From an uncultured beta proteobacterium (GTDB lineage: Bacteria; Pseudomonadota; Gammaproteobacteria; Burkholderiales; Burkholderiaceae_C): a stretch of DNA of 64,000 nt. The position numbers and the translations under genes are program-made. The stretch spans positions 97,098 to 161,097 of the forward strand of contig CAILZB010000112.1 in the NCBI GenBank assembly GCA_903838565.1, in the 5' to 3' direction. This document shows positions 10,177 to 19,354 of the stretch, one piece after another. Under the pieces are notes generated by a model. It made no database searches and had not been told where the DNA came from. It saw nothing but the letters and a program-made list of their open reading frames with translations. The stretch's first letter is position 1, and each line of letters starts with the position of its first letter.

Positions 10177-12846
10177 TTACATCTTGTAGCTCAACCCCAG
10201 CAGCATCTGGCGACCATACTGGTGGAACTCCTTCTGCGCGACGATTCCATCGACCGTCTGCGTTGTCACGTAAGGCGTTTCGAACATGTTGTTGACCTGG
10301 AACAGGACGCCCAGACCTTTGAGCTGTCCCGACTGCATTTCATAGCCGATCTGGAAATCGGTGATCCGCTCGGGACGGATCGTATCCACGACGTATTTAA
10401 AGGCATTGTGTCGCGTCGCGTCGAAACCGGAACGGTAGCGCTGCGCAATGCGCGCCTGGAAACCATTCTTCTCGTAGTAGGCCGTCATTCCCCAAACATC
10501 CCCGGACAAACCGTCGAGTGAGGTATTGGTTGCAGCGCCGGTGGCGTCGGTTCCCGGCAGATTGCTGGAAGTCTTTGAGTAGCTGCCCAGCAGACCAAAC
10601 CCATCGAGTGACTTGCTGATCATCTCTGCGCCCAGCGATCCGCTCAGTTCCAGTCCTCGAACGAATCCGCCGCTGGTGTTTGTCGGGGTCGTCATCGTCC
10701 CCATATTGCTGGAGGGCACGATCGCTGATGGATTGGTGAAGTTGGAGAAATCGTACTGGACGTCCTTCGTGATGATGCCGCTCGTGATCTGCTTATAGAA
10801 ACCAGCAACTGCGGCATATGTACTCTTGCCGTAATATCTTTCCAGCGACAGGTCAAAGGCATTGGCGCGCCACGGTTTGAGTTCCGGATTGCCGCCACCG
10901 CCGTACCACTGGTGGTCGGTCGAACTAACGGACGCCGTCGTTCCTGCTCGCATGTCTGCCAGACTGGGGCGCGCCACTTGCTTGGCAATACCCAGGCGCA
11001 TCAAGGTGTCCTTGCCAAGATCGCCGATCAAATTGAGACTGGGCAAAACGTCGGTGTAGCTTGTGCCACCCGTCGTCGGGGTCAGATTACCATTGTTGTC
11101 GTCATACAACCCTGAGGCCTTCTGCTTGGCATTCACGATCTGAACCCCGGCGTTGCCACGGAAGGGAATCTTCGCTTCGAAATCCAGATTGAACTTGGCG
11201 AACGCGGTGGTCACCTTTTCGTCCACACCCCAGTTCCATTTCGGACTCTTGGGATCTGATGGGCTGGCGGAGTAGGCGCCGCTGTTGAATGCGTCCATGA
11301 CGTTGAAACTCACCATGCTGGGAACGCCAACAAAACCCATGTTGACTGGAGCCCTCAGAATGCCCGCAGGTATGGGAGCACACACGCCCACATTGCAATC
11401 GGTGGTGTTGTTCAGGTTGTAATTTGTTCCGACGTCATTCAGAGACTTGCTGCGCTCGGCATACAGCAGGCCGGTATCCACGCCGCTGATCGGGCCCCAA
11501 TCGAGCTCACGCCGGCCTGACAGGCGCAAGGACTTCATTTCGTCGTTGACATCTACCACGGAGCCATATCCGCCGCCGCCCCACCATGCTGAGCTCAATT
11601 GAAAGTTCGCCGCGTTGCCGAAATTGAAAGGCGACCCGATGTTGCCAAAGCTTGTAAAGTTGGAGGGAAAACTCACGTTCATCGTGGTTGGCGTTGGGCT
11701 GGTTGCATAGGCCTCGCCGATGAACTCATGACGTTTCGCGTTCGAATAGCTCACGTCCGTGGATGCAGTCCACTTATCGATTTTGGTCTCGGTATTCCAA
11801 CCGATCGCATTCACCTTGTCGTCGCGGTTGTCCTGTCGTTGGGTCACGAAAGGCGTGATATTAGCAATGGTGCCCCCGCCATTCGAGTTTGCCAGCGCCG
11901 TCCAGTTCGGAGTCGTTCCATTGGACCAGTCATTCCAATAGGCCACGAGTTCCCGGCCATTCATGCGTTGCTTGAATTGCGAGGAGAAGATGTCTACTTG
12001 GCTGTGGAAGTTCTTGTTGGGCTTGTATTCGATCACGGCCATGAAACCATCACGGGTTGCCTGTGTCGATGCCACACCCGTCTCCAGACCGTCGAAGGCA
12101 TGGGTCGAACCCGGAAGGCCGTCCACTGTGCCGCAACAATTGGTGAGATAGTCTCCAGTCCCGTAGTCCCAGGGGTTCATGTACTTCTTCAAAGTGGGGC
12201 TATCCAAGTGGGCAAAGCCCAATGCCACGCCAATCGTGCGGTCGGCAAACTGGTCAATATAGGATGCACTGAGGCGGGCACCGCTGGCACTATTGCCGGG
12301 AATGATCTCGCCGAGCGAGTTCTTTTCCATGCGCGCATTCAGATTCACTTGGCGATCCTTGAAGTCGAGCGGTCGCACCGTTTGCAGGTTCACAGTGCCC
12401 GAGAGACCTTGGGTGCCGAGGGATGCGTCAGGCGTCTTGTAAACCGTTGCCGAGTTCACCAGTTCCGACGGAAATTGATCGTATTCAAACGAGCGGTCGT
12501 CACCCGTGCTCACCATCTCGCGCCCATTGAGCAAGGTCACGCCGAATTTGGGGGGCATGCCGCGGATGGAAAGCACTTGCGCACGACCGTCGACGCGCTG
12601 CGCCGCAATACCCGGCAAGCGGGCAAGGGACTCGGCGATGCTGACGTCTGGCAGTTTGCCGATGTCTTCTGCCGTGATCACTTCAACGATCGAGTCGGAG
12701 TTCTTCTTGACCGCCATGGAGCTTTCAATGCTGGCGCGAATGCCCGTCACTACAACGGTATTCAGGTTCGCAGCGTCCTGGGCAAAGGCAGAGCCCATGA
12801 GAACAAGGGCCACGGCGGAGGCGATGGGTGTGCGATGGAGTTTCAT
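10177..12846 (-). CDS. TonB-dependent outer-membrane receptor
   Basis: Signal peptide; plug domain (TVVVTG..DIGKLPDVSIAESL); large beta-barrel ending in an aromatic-rich C-terminus. ATG at 12846. Confidence 0.85.
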   Translation of the reverse strand: MKLHRTPIASAVALVLMGSAFAQDAANLNTVVVTGIRASIESSMAVKKNSDSIVEVITAEDIGKLPDVSIAESLARLPGIAAQRVDGRAQVLSIRGMPPKFGVTLLNGREMVSTGDDRSFEYDQFPSELVNSATVYKTPDASLGTQGLSGTVNLQTVRPLDFKDRQVNLNARMEKNSLGEIIPGNSASGARLSASYIDQFADRTIGVALGFAHLDSPTLKKYMNPWDYGTGDYLTNCCGTVDGLPGSTHAFDGLETGVASTQATRDGFMAVIEYKPNKNFHSQVDIFSSQFKQRMNGRELVAYWNDWSNGTTPNWTALANSNGGGTIANITPFVTQRQDNRDDKVNAIGWNTETKIDKWTASTDVSYSNAKRHEFIGEAYATSPTPTTMNVSFPSNFTSFGNIGSPFNFGNAANFQLSSAWWGGGGYGSVVDVNDEMKSLRLSGRRELDWGPISGVDTGLLYAERSKSLNDVGTNYNLNNTTDCNVGVCAPIPAGILRAPVNMGFVGVPSMVSFNVMDAFNSGAYSASPSDPKSPKWNWGVDEKVTTAFAKFNLDFEAKIPFRGNAGVQIVNAKQKASGLYDDNNGNLTPTTGGTSYTDVLPSLNLIGDLGKDTLMRLGIAKQVARPSLADMRAGTTASVSSTDHQWYGGGGNPELKPWRANAFDLSLERYYGKSTYAAVAGFYKQITSGIITKDVQYDFSNFTNPSAIVPSSNMGTMTTPTNTSGGFVRGLELSGSLGAEMISKSLDGFGLLGSYSKTSSNLPGTDATGAATNTSLDGLSGDVWGMTAYYEKNGFQARIAQRYRSGFDATRHNAFKYVVDTIRPERITDFQIGYEMQSGQLKGLGVLFQVNNMFETPYVTTQTVDGIVAQKEFHQYGRQMLLGLSYKM

Positions 12847-12897
12847 ATTTCCCTTTTCAAAAATATCAAAGTGGGCCCAAAAGTGAATGCAGCCCGG

Positions 12898-13024
12898 GAT
12901 TACCAACAAAACCTTCCCCTGAAGCCATGCCAATGAAGTCAGGGGAGCAAGACATTATCAAAACGATACGCATCAGTTGCGTACCACTTTACTGATTTTA
13001 AGATGCCACTATGCTACCAATTGG
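12898..13024. promoter_or_regulatory. candidate NagQ operator region: three TACCA (TGGTA on the other strand) repeats plus a CCAATTGG palindrome upstream of the TonB-dependent receptor operon
   Basis: Repeats at 12899-12905, 12981-12986 and 13014-13019; CCAATTGG at 13017-13024; AT-rich 277 bp intergenic. Confidence 0.3.
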
Positions 13025-13123
13025 AATCGATTACAAGACAGTTTCAGTCAAATATGGTCCGGACTTACCCTAGGAATACTTTGCCCAACTTGGGCGCGCA
13101 ACTTCGACTGGAGTCATGCAGCC

Positions 13124-14170
13124 TTAGTTTGTCCGCGTCACCTTGGCCAGATGGCGTGGTTTATCCGGGTTCATGCCGCGGGCTCGCGCCAGGGCTTCAA
13201 CCATGGGGTAGAAGCTCTGGATCACCGAGATCGGATCGAGCTCGATCGAATCCGCGTCGGTCACGGGCAGGTTCGCGCCGGGCGTGCCCAGCGGTGCGGC
13301 CAACAAGACCTGGGCGCCGCGTCCGCGCATTTCTTCGGCCAGGGCCAGCAGACCGGCCTGCGCCGGGCCGCGCGGCGCAAACACCAGCAGCGGATAGCCC
13401 TCGTCGATCAGCGCCATCGGGCCGTGCTTGACTTCGGCACCGGAGAAAGCCTCGGCCTGGATGCCGCAGGTCTCCTTGAACTTGAGCGCAGCCTCCATCG
13501 CCACCGGCAGGCCAGTGCCGCGGCCGATGACAAACAAGCGGTCCACCTTGCGCAGCACGTCCACCGCCACCGACCAGTCGGCGTTGGCGGCGCGCGACAG
13601 CGTTCCGGGCAAAGCCGACAGGGCGGCGTGCAGCGCCAGGTCCTGCTGCCAGGCGGCCACGACGCGCGCTCCGGCCACCAACTGGGTGATGAAGCTCTTG
13701 GTTGCCGCCACGCTGGTCTCGGCGCCGGCGTGCAGCGGAAAGACCCACTGCGACGCCTGTGCCAGTGGCGAATTCGGGTCGTTCACAAAGGCCGCGGTGC
13801 AAGCGCCACCCTGGGTGAAGTAGCGCATCGGCGCCACCAGATCGGGGCTTTGCCCGGACTGTGAAAACGCCATCGAGACCAGGCCCTTGCACTGGATGTG
13901 CGACTGGTACAGCGTCACCAGCGACATCGGCAGCGAAGTCACCAGGCGCCCGAGCCGCGCCATGATGAGGTAGGCCATGAAGTGGGCCGCGTGATCCGAG
14001 CTGCCCCGCGCGACGGTCAGGAGCGAGCCCGGATTGCGCTCGCGCAGGAAGGCGCCGAAGTCGTTGTATTCCCGGTCGTTGTGGGCCAGTTGTGTGGCCA
14101 CCGCAGCACTCGCTTCGCGCGCCTCAATCAGCATTTGTGTGTTCAACCGAACTCCCTTCAATCCAGACAT
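13124..14170 (-). CDS. nagB: SIS-domain glucosamine-6-phosphate deaminase (NagB-II type)
   Basis: Two SIS domains with a GlmS-like C-terminal tail (KVTRTN). Start is ambiguous: 14170 or the internal ATG at 14134. Confidence 0.8.
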   Translation of the reverse strand: MSGLKGVRLNTQMLIEAREASAAVATQLAHNDREYNDFGAFLRERNPGSLLTVARGSSDHAAHFMAYLIMARLGRLVTSLPMSLVTLYQSHIQCKGLVSMAFSQSGQSPDLVAPMRYFTQGGACTAAFVNDPNSPLAQASQWVFPLHAGAETSVAATKSFITQLVAGARVVAAWQQDLALHAALSALPGTLSRAANADWSVAVDVLRKVDRLFVIGRGTGLPVAMEAALKFKETCGIQAEAFSGAEVKHGPMALIDEGYPLLVFAPRGPAQAGLLALAEEMRGRGAQVLLAAPLGTPGANLPVTDADSIELDPISVIQSFYPMVEALARARGMNPDKPRHLAKVTRTN

Positions 14171-15254
14171 CCGTCAGTTGCAAATCGCGGTCCAGCAGCA
14201 CGGCATCGCCCCAGGCGCCCACGCTCAAGCGCCCTCTGTCGGTAGCGCCAAGGTAGTCGGCGGCATGCGTCGATACGCGACGCGACGCGTCGCTCAAGCT
14301 CAGGCCCACGGTGCCGACCAAGTTGCGCAGCGCCTGGTCCATGGTGAGCGTGGAGCCGGCCAGCGTCCCATCGGCCAGGCGCACACCTCCCATGCATTTG
14401 GTGACGCTGTGGCGCCCCAGCCGGTACTCGCCGTCGGGCATGCCGGCGGCGGCGGTGGAGTCGGTCACGCAGTACAGGCCAGGTATGGCGCGCAGCGCGA
14501 CCCGAATGGCGCCGGGATGCACGTGGATCAGGTCGGGAATGATTTCGGCATAAGCCGCGTGCGCCAGCGCGGCGCCGACCATTCCGGGCGTGCGGTGGTG
14601 CAGTCCGGTCATGGCATTGAACAGATGCGTGAAGCTGCCCGCGCCTTTTTCCAGGGCCTGCTTTCCGTCCTCATAGCTGCCCGACGAGTGGCCGATCTGC
14701 ACCCTGAAGCCGGCGGCGCACAACGCTTCGATAACATCCATGTTGCCTGGCACTTCGGGCGCAAGCGTGATCAGGCGGATCGGGAACAGGTCGTGCCAGC
14801 GCTGCAATTCGCTCGCCACCATGGGGCGTGTGAAGTCGGGTTGGGCGCCGAGTTTTTCCTGGCTGATGTAGGGGCCTTCGAGGTGCACGCCCAGCACCCG
14901 GGCGCCGGCTGCGCTGCGCTGCGGACCCACGGCGTGCATGGCGGCGAAGGCCTGGTCCAGATCGGCCATGGGTGCGGTCATGGTGGTGGCGAGCATGGCC
15001 GTCGTGCCGTGGCGGGCGTGCAGTTGCGCCACCCGCGCCAGCGCGTCGCCACCCTCCATGATGTCGTGGCCACCGCCACCGTGCACGTGCAGATCGACGA
15101 ATCCGGGGAGCACGATAGCCTCAGGGCGGTCGCGCACGTCGCGCTCGTCCACGAGTTCGCCCTGTATACGCGCGATGCGGCCGTCGGCGCCGAACTCCAT
15201 CACCCCGCGCACGAATCCTTGAGGCGTGAGGATGTGGCCATCGATCTGCTTCAT
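14124..15254 (-). CDS. nagA: N-acetylglucosamine-6-phosphate deacetylase
   Basis: Amidohydrolase motifs LPGFVDLHVHGGGG and HLFNAM; 376 aa. Confidence 0.9.
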   Translation of the reverse strand: MKQIDGHILTPQGFVRGVMEFGADGRIARIQGELVDERDVRDRPEAIVLPGFVDLHVHGGGGHDIMEGGDALARVAQLHARHGTTAMLATTMTAPMADLDQAFAAMHAVGPQRSAAGARVLGVHLEGPYISQEKLGAQPDFTRPMVASELQRWHDLFPIRLITLAPEVPGNMDVIEALCAAGFRVQIGHSSGSYEDGKQALEKGAGSFTHLFNAMTGLHHRTPGMVGAALAHAAYAEIIPDLIHVHPGAIRVALRAIPGLYCVTDSTAAAGMPDGEYRLGRHSVTKCMGGVRLADGTLAGSTLTMDQALRNLVGTVGLSLSDASRRVSTHAADYLGATDRGRLSVGAWGDAVLLDRDLQLTDVWIEGSSVEHTNAD

Positions 15255-15994
15255 CCGTCGCGCCTCATCTCGGCGACGAAGTCGTAATAGTCGCTGCGGC
15301 AGTAGGAATGCGTGAGTTCCACCGCCTGGCCCGTCGGGCCATAGCCGACACGGGTGATGAACAGCACTGCCTGCCGGTCCGGTATGCCCAGTTGCTCTGC
15401 CAGCCGCGGCTGGGCGTTGAGCGCGCGGATATGCTGCAGCGCGCGCACGGGCGCCTGCTGGCTGCGCGCCAGGTACTCGTAGAGCGAACCCTCCACCTCC
15501 TGCGGACGGGGCAACACGTGCTGGGGCAGGACGCTCACTTCCAGCGCCATCACGACGTCGTCGCCCAAGCGCAGGCGCTCCAGGCGCGCCACTTTTTCGC
15601 CGGACGACAGGCCCAGGCTCATCTGCTCGTCGATCTTGGCGAGCACGATGGTGCGATGCAGCCAGCGCGACGACGGCGTGTAGCCGCGGCGGCGCAGTTC
15701 TTCGGAGAAGCTGCTCAGGTGCGACAGCGGCTGCTCGAAGCGCGGGGCGATGTAGTTGCCGGAACCGCGACGGCGGATGATCAGCCCCTGCTCGACCAGC
15801 TGGTCAATGGCAGAGCGCGCAGTGACGCGAGACAGGTTCAGCGTCTCGGCCAGCAAGCGCTCCGAAGGCAGTGCCTCGTCGGGCTTGTAGCGCCCGTCCC
15901 GGATGCTCTGGCCCAGCTTGCGCGAAAGTTGCATGTACAGCGGTGAGCTGTCGCGCGGATCGGGTTTGAATTCAAAGACATCGCCTTGGCTCAT
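15251..15994 (-). CDS. nagQ: GntR/HutC-family transcriptional regulator (NagQ-type)
   Basis: N-terminal winged HTH (SERLLAETLNLSRVTARSAIDQL) plus a UTRA effector domain. ATGA overlap with nagA. Start at the ATG at 15994. Confidence 0.85.
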   Translation of the reverse strand: MSQGDVFEFKPDPRDSSPLYMQLSRKLGQSIRDGRYKPDEALPSERLLAETLNLSRVTARSAIDQLVEQGLIIRRRGSGNYIAPRFEQPLSHLSSFSEELRRRGYTPSSRWLHRTIVLAKIDEQMSLGLSSGEKVARLERLRLGDDVVMALEVSVLPQHVLPRPQEVEGSLYEYLARSQQAPVRALQHIRALNAQPRLAEQLGIPDRQAVLFITRVGYGPTGQAVELTHSYCRSDYYDFVAEMRRDG

Positions 15995-16067
15995 ACGCTC
16001 TTTCAACAGAAGTGGGTTGTGGCCGCAGCCGCCCGGCAGCACGCCGGATGGCGCCGCGAGTATAGCG

Positions 16068-16104
16068 GACCAATTAAATACCAGTGACAGGGTTTTCCAG
16101 ACCA
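16068..16104. promoter_or_regulatory. candidate NagQ autoregulatory operator (AATACCA, ACCAAT, ACCAGT repeats)
   Basis: AATACCA at 16077-16083 is the complement of TGGTATT. Located in the nagQ 5' region. Confidence 0.3.
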
Positions 16105-16189
16105 GTAGCCAAGCCCGGCCGGCCGGCCATGGAAGTCGCCCTCACCCCATCCCTCTCCCGCCACTGCGGGCGAGGGAGAAAAGCCGCAT

Positions 16190-16666
16190 TCAGCGAAGCG
16201 GCAGCTGCGTTGTGTTCTTGACTTCTTCCATCACCGGGTAGGTGCGGGTCTCGCGCACGCCGGGGAGCTGCCACAGCACGGTGCCGGCAAAGTCGCGGTA
16301 GGCGCCCATGTCGGCGATGCGGGTTTTGAGCAGGTAGTCAAAGCCGCCGGCGACCATGTGGCACTCCATGATTTCCGCTCGCACCTGCACCGCCGCCTTG
16401 AATTCCTCGAACACGTTGGGCGTGGTCCGGTCCAGCAGCACTTCCACGAACACCATCATCCCCGAGCCCAGCTTGAGCGGGTTCAGCCGCGCCTCGTAAC
16501 CCAGGATGTAGCCGTCCTTGGTGAGGCGCTGCACCCGCGCCAGCACCGCCGTGGGCGAGAGGCTCACAGCCTCGGCCAGCTTCAGGTTGGAGATGCGTCC
16601 ATCCTGCTGCAGGCAGCCCAGAATCTTCAGGTCGATGCGATCGAGCTCATTCAGGTGTTCGCTCAT
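16190..16666 (-). CDS. Lrp/AsnC-family transcriptional regulator
   Basis: HTH_AsnC N-terminus and RAM domain; 158 aa. Confidence 0.85.
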   Translation of the reverse strand: MSEHLNELDRIDLKILGCLQQDGRISNLKLAEAVSLSPTAVLARVQRLTKDGYILGYEARLNPLKLGSGMMVFVEVLLDRTTPNVFEEFKAAVQVRAEIMECHMVAGGFDYLLKTRIADMGAYRDFAGTVLWQLPGVRETRTYPVMEEVKNTTQLPLR

Positions 16667-17088
16667 GACAGTCGATAGGTTTCGAGGTGGATGCTGGTCT
16701 CGGTGCTGCTGATGCCGCGGATCAGTCGAATGCGCTCCAGCACCTTGGACAACTCCGCCAGATTGGCCGCGCGCAGTTCGGCCAGCAGGTCCCAGCGGCC
16801 GTTGGTGTCGTGCAGCGTCGCCACGCCGGGCTCTCCCAGCAGGCTGGAGATGACCGCACGGGTCTCGTTGCCTTCGACCGCGACGCTCATCCAGGCGCTG
16901 ATTTCGGAAGCCTGGGCTTCGGGGCGCAGTTTGACCGTGTAACCCACGATGATGCCGGCGTCTTCAAGTTTGGTGACCCGATTGCTGATGGTGCCGCGCG
17001 ACACGCCCAGTTTCGCCGCCAAGGTGGCCACGCTGGTGCGCGCGTCCTTGCGCAGCAGCGACAACAATTGCTGATCCGTGGTGTCCAT
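16663..17088 (-). CDS. Lrp/AsnC-family transcriptional regulator (second gene of a tandem pair)
   Basis: HTH_AsnC plus RAM domain. ATGA overlap with the downstream Lrp gene. ATG at 17088. Confidence 0.85.
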   Translation of the reverse strand: MDTTDQQLLSLLRKDARTSVATLAAKLGVSRGTISNRVTKLEDAGIIVGYTVKLRPEAQASEISAWMSVAVEGNETRAVISSLLGEPGVATLHDTNGRWDLLAELRAANLAELSKVLERIRLIRGISSTETSIHLETYRLS

Positions 17089-17098
17089 CCACACATTG

Positions 17099-17124
17099 TG
17101 GCATTTTTCCCTGACTAAATGCCA
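17099..17124. promoter_or_regulatory. inverted repeat TGGCATTT-N10-AAATGCCA in the divergent lrp/ocd promoter region
   Basis: 8-bp arms; further TGTGGCA/TGCCACA half-sites nearby; AT-rich 124-bp intergenic. Confidence 0.3.
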
Positions 17125-17212
17125 ATATTTTGACGAAAAGCTAGCAGTATTAGTGATTTACATTGCCACAACAAGCTGGGAGACTGAGTCCAACTTATCC
17201 AGGAGCAGCCCC

Positions 17213-18325
17213 ATGAAACCCACCCCACTGGCCCAGACCCAATTCCTCAGCGCACAGGATGTCGCCACCCTCGTGACCCGGGTGGGCGCTGCGGCGACAC
17301 TCTCCCGCATGGCCGACTACATCCGCGAGGACTTTCTGCGCTGGCAGGATTTCGACAAGTGCGCCCGTGTGGCCAGCCACTCGGCGGGCGGCGTGATCGA
17401 ACTCATGCCCATCTCCGACGCCAAGACCTACGCCTTCAAGTACGTCAACGGCCACCCCAAGAACACCCAGGTCGGCCTGCCCACGGTGATGGCGTTTGGC
17501 GTGCTGGCCGATGTGGCCACGGGCGTGCCCGAGCTGCTGAGCGAGCTCACGCTCACCACGGCGCTGCGCACCGCCGCGATGTCGGCCGTGGCCGCACGCG
17601 CGCTGGCGCGCCCGAACAGCAAGATTCTGGCGCTGATCGGCAACGGCGCGCAAAGCGAGTTTCAGGCGCTGGCGTTTCATCACCTGCTGGGCATCGAGGA
17701 AGTCCGTCTCTTCGATACCGATCCGGCCGCCACCGAAAAGCTCCTGTCCAACCTGGCGCACACGGCGCTGCGCTTGATTCCCTGCAACAGCGTGGCCCAG
17801 GCCGTGCGCGGAGCTGATATCGTCACGACTGTGACCGCAGACAAAACCAACGCCACCATCCTGACCCCGGATCTGATCGAACCGGGCATGCACATCAATG
17901 GCGTGGGCGGCGACTGCCCCGGCAAGACCGAGCTGCACGCCGACGTGCTGCGCGGCGCCTCGGTGTTCGTCGAGTACGAGCCGCAAACGCGCATCGAGGG
18001 CGACCTGCAGCATCTGCCGGCTGATTTTGCGGTGACCGAACTGTGGCAAGTGCTCCGAGGCCAGGCCACGGGACGCACGCATGACGCACAAGTCACGCTG
18101 TTCGATTCGGTCGGCTTCGCCCTGGAAGACTATTCGGCCCTGCGCTTCATGCGCGACGCCGCTCAGGAGCTGGGCATAGGGCAACTGGTGTCGCTGATCC
18201 CCGAACTGGCGAATCCCAAGGACCTGTTCTGCCTGATTCGCCCGAGCGCCAAACCGGTGCTGCGTAGCGCACACACGGCGGCGCAGGCCCTGGCTGATCT
18301 GCAAGAGTTGGCGCTGGCAGCATGA
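17213..18325 (+). CDS. ocd: ornithine cyclodeaminase (mu-crystallin family)
   Basis: OCD/mu-crystallin Rossmann region (ILALIGNGAQSEFQ). AGGAG Shine-Dalgarno 7 nt upstream of the ATG at 17213. Confidence 0.85.
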   Translation: MKPTPLAQTQFLSAQDVATLVTRVGAAATLSRMADYIREDFLRWQDFDKCARVASHSAGGVIELMPISDAKTYAFKYVNGHPKNTQVGLPTVMAFGVLADVATGVPELLSELTLTTALRTAAMSAVAARALARPNSKILALIGNGAQSEFQALAFHHLLGIEEVRLFDTDPAATEKLLSNLAHTALRLIPCNSVAQAVRGADIVTTVTADKTNATILTPDLIEPGMHINGVGGDCPGKTELHADVLRGASVFVEYEPQTRIEGDLQHLPADFAVTELWQVLRGQATGRTHDAQVTLFDSVGFALEDYSALRFMRDAAQELGIGQLVSLIPELANPKDLFCLIRPSAKPVLRSAHTAAQALADLQELALAA

Positions 18326-18412
18326 GCGCCACGGCTGCGACCTCGCACGTGAGCCGAGGCATGAACGTAAAAGAACTGACTTTGATGACTCAGAGCACTC
18401 AGCGGGTGAAGC

Positions 18413-19336
18413 ATGAAAGTTAGCCTGATCGGCGTTCCCACCGACATCGGTGCCGGCAGCTTGGGCGCGCGCATGGGTCCCGAAGCGCTGCGCGTGGCGG
18501 GGATTGCCGGCGCCATCGCGCAATTCGGCCTGGACGTGAAGGACTGCGGCAACCTGGCCGGCCCCGCCAACCCCTGGCAGGACGCCGTCAACGGCTACCG
18601 CCACCTCCCCGAGGTGGTGCAGTGGAACCAGTTGGTGCACGAGGCGACCTACGCCGAGCTCAAGGACGGGCGCCTTCCCATCATGCTCGGCGGCGACCAT
18701 TGCCTGAGCATCGGCTCCATCAGCGCGGTCGCGCGCTACTGCCGCGAGGTCGGCAAGAAGCTGCGCGTGCTCTGGTTCGATGCGCACGCGGATTTCAACA
18801 CCGCCACGCTCACGCCCAGCGGCAACATCCACGGCATGCCGGTGGCCTGTCTGTGCGGCCACGGCCCGCAAGAGCTGATCGAGATCGGCGGCCACGTGCC
18901 GGCGCTGCGCCCGAAGGAGATTCGCCAGATCGGCATCCGCAGCGTGGACGCGGGCGAGAAGCGCCTGGTGCACGACGTGGGCATCGAGGTGTTCGACATG
19001 CGCTACATCGACGAGATGGGCATGCGTCATGGCATGGAGCTTGCGTTGGCTTTGGTCGATGCCAACACCCATTTGCACGTCAGCCTTGACGTTGACTTCC
19101 TCGACCCGTCGATCGCGCCCGGCGTGGGCACCACGGTGCGCGGCGGCCCCAGCTACCGCGAGGCGCAACTGTGCATGGAAATGATTGCCGACACCGGGCG
19201 CCTGGCCTCGCTCGATCTGGTCGAACTCAATCCGGCGCTGGATCTGCGCAACCAGACCGCCGAACTGGCGGTGGACCTGATCGAGAGCCTGTTTGGCAAG
19301 AGCACGCTGATGCGCAAAGCCGGCGCATCGCTCTGA
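18413..19336 (+). CDS. rocF: arginase
   Basis: GGDHCLSIG, DAHADFNT and SLDVDFLDP metal-binding motifs of the ureohydrolase family. Confidence 0.9.
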   Translation: MKVSLIGVPTDIGAGSLGARMGPEALRVAGIAGAIAQFGLDVKDCGNLAGPANPWQDAVNGYRHLPEVVQWNQLVHEATYAELKDGRLPIMLGGDHCLSIGSISAVARYCREVGKKLRVLWFDAHADFNTATLTPSGNIHGMPVACLCGHGPQELIEIGGHVPALRPKEIRQIGIRSVDAGEKRLVHDVGIEVFDMRYIDEMGMRHGMELALALVDANTHLHVSLDVDFLDPSIAPGVGTTVRGGPSYREAQLCMEMIADTGRLASLDLVELNPALDLRNQTAELAVDLIESLFGKSTLMRKAGASL

Positions 19337-19354
19337 GCGGGGACAATACCCGCC

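Noticed and set aside
16150-16190. GC-rich imperfect hairpin (CCCGC-CACT-GCGGG) after the Lrp gene
   Set aside because: Orientation and lack of a U tract argue against an intrinsic terminator for either strand; it is noted only as a structure.
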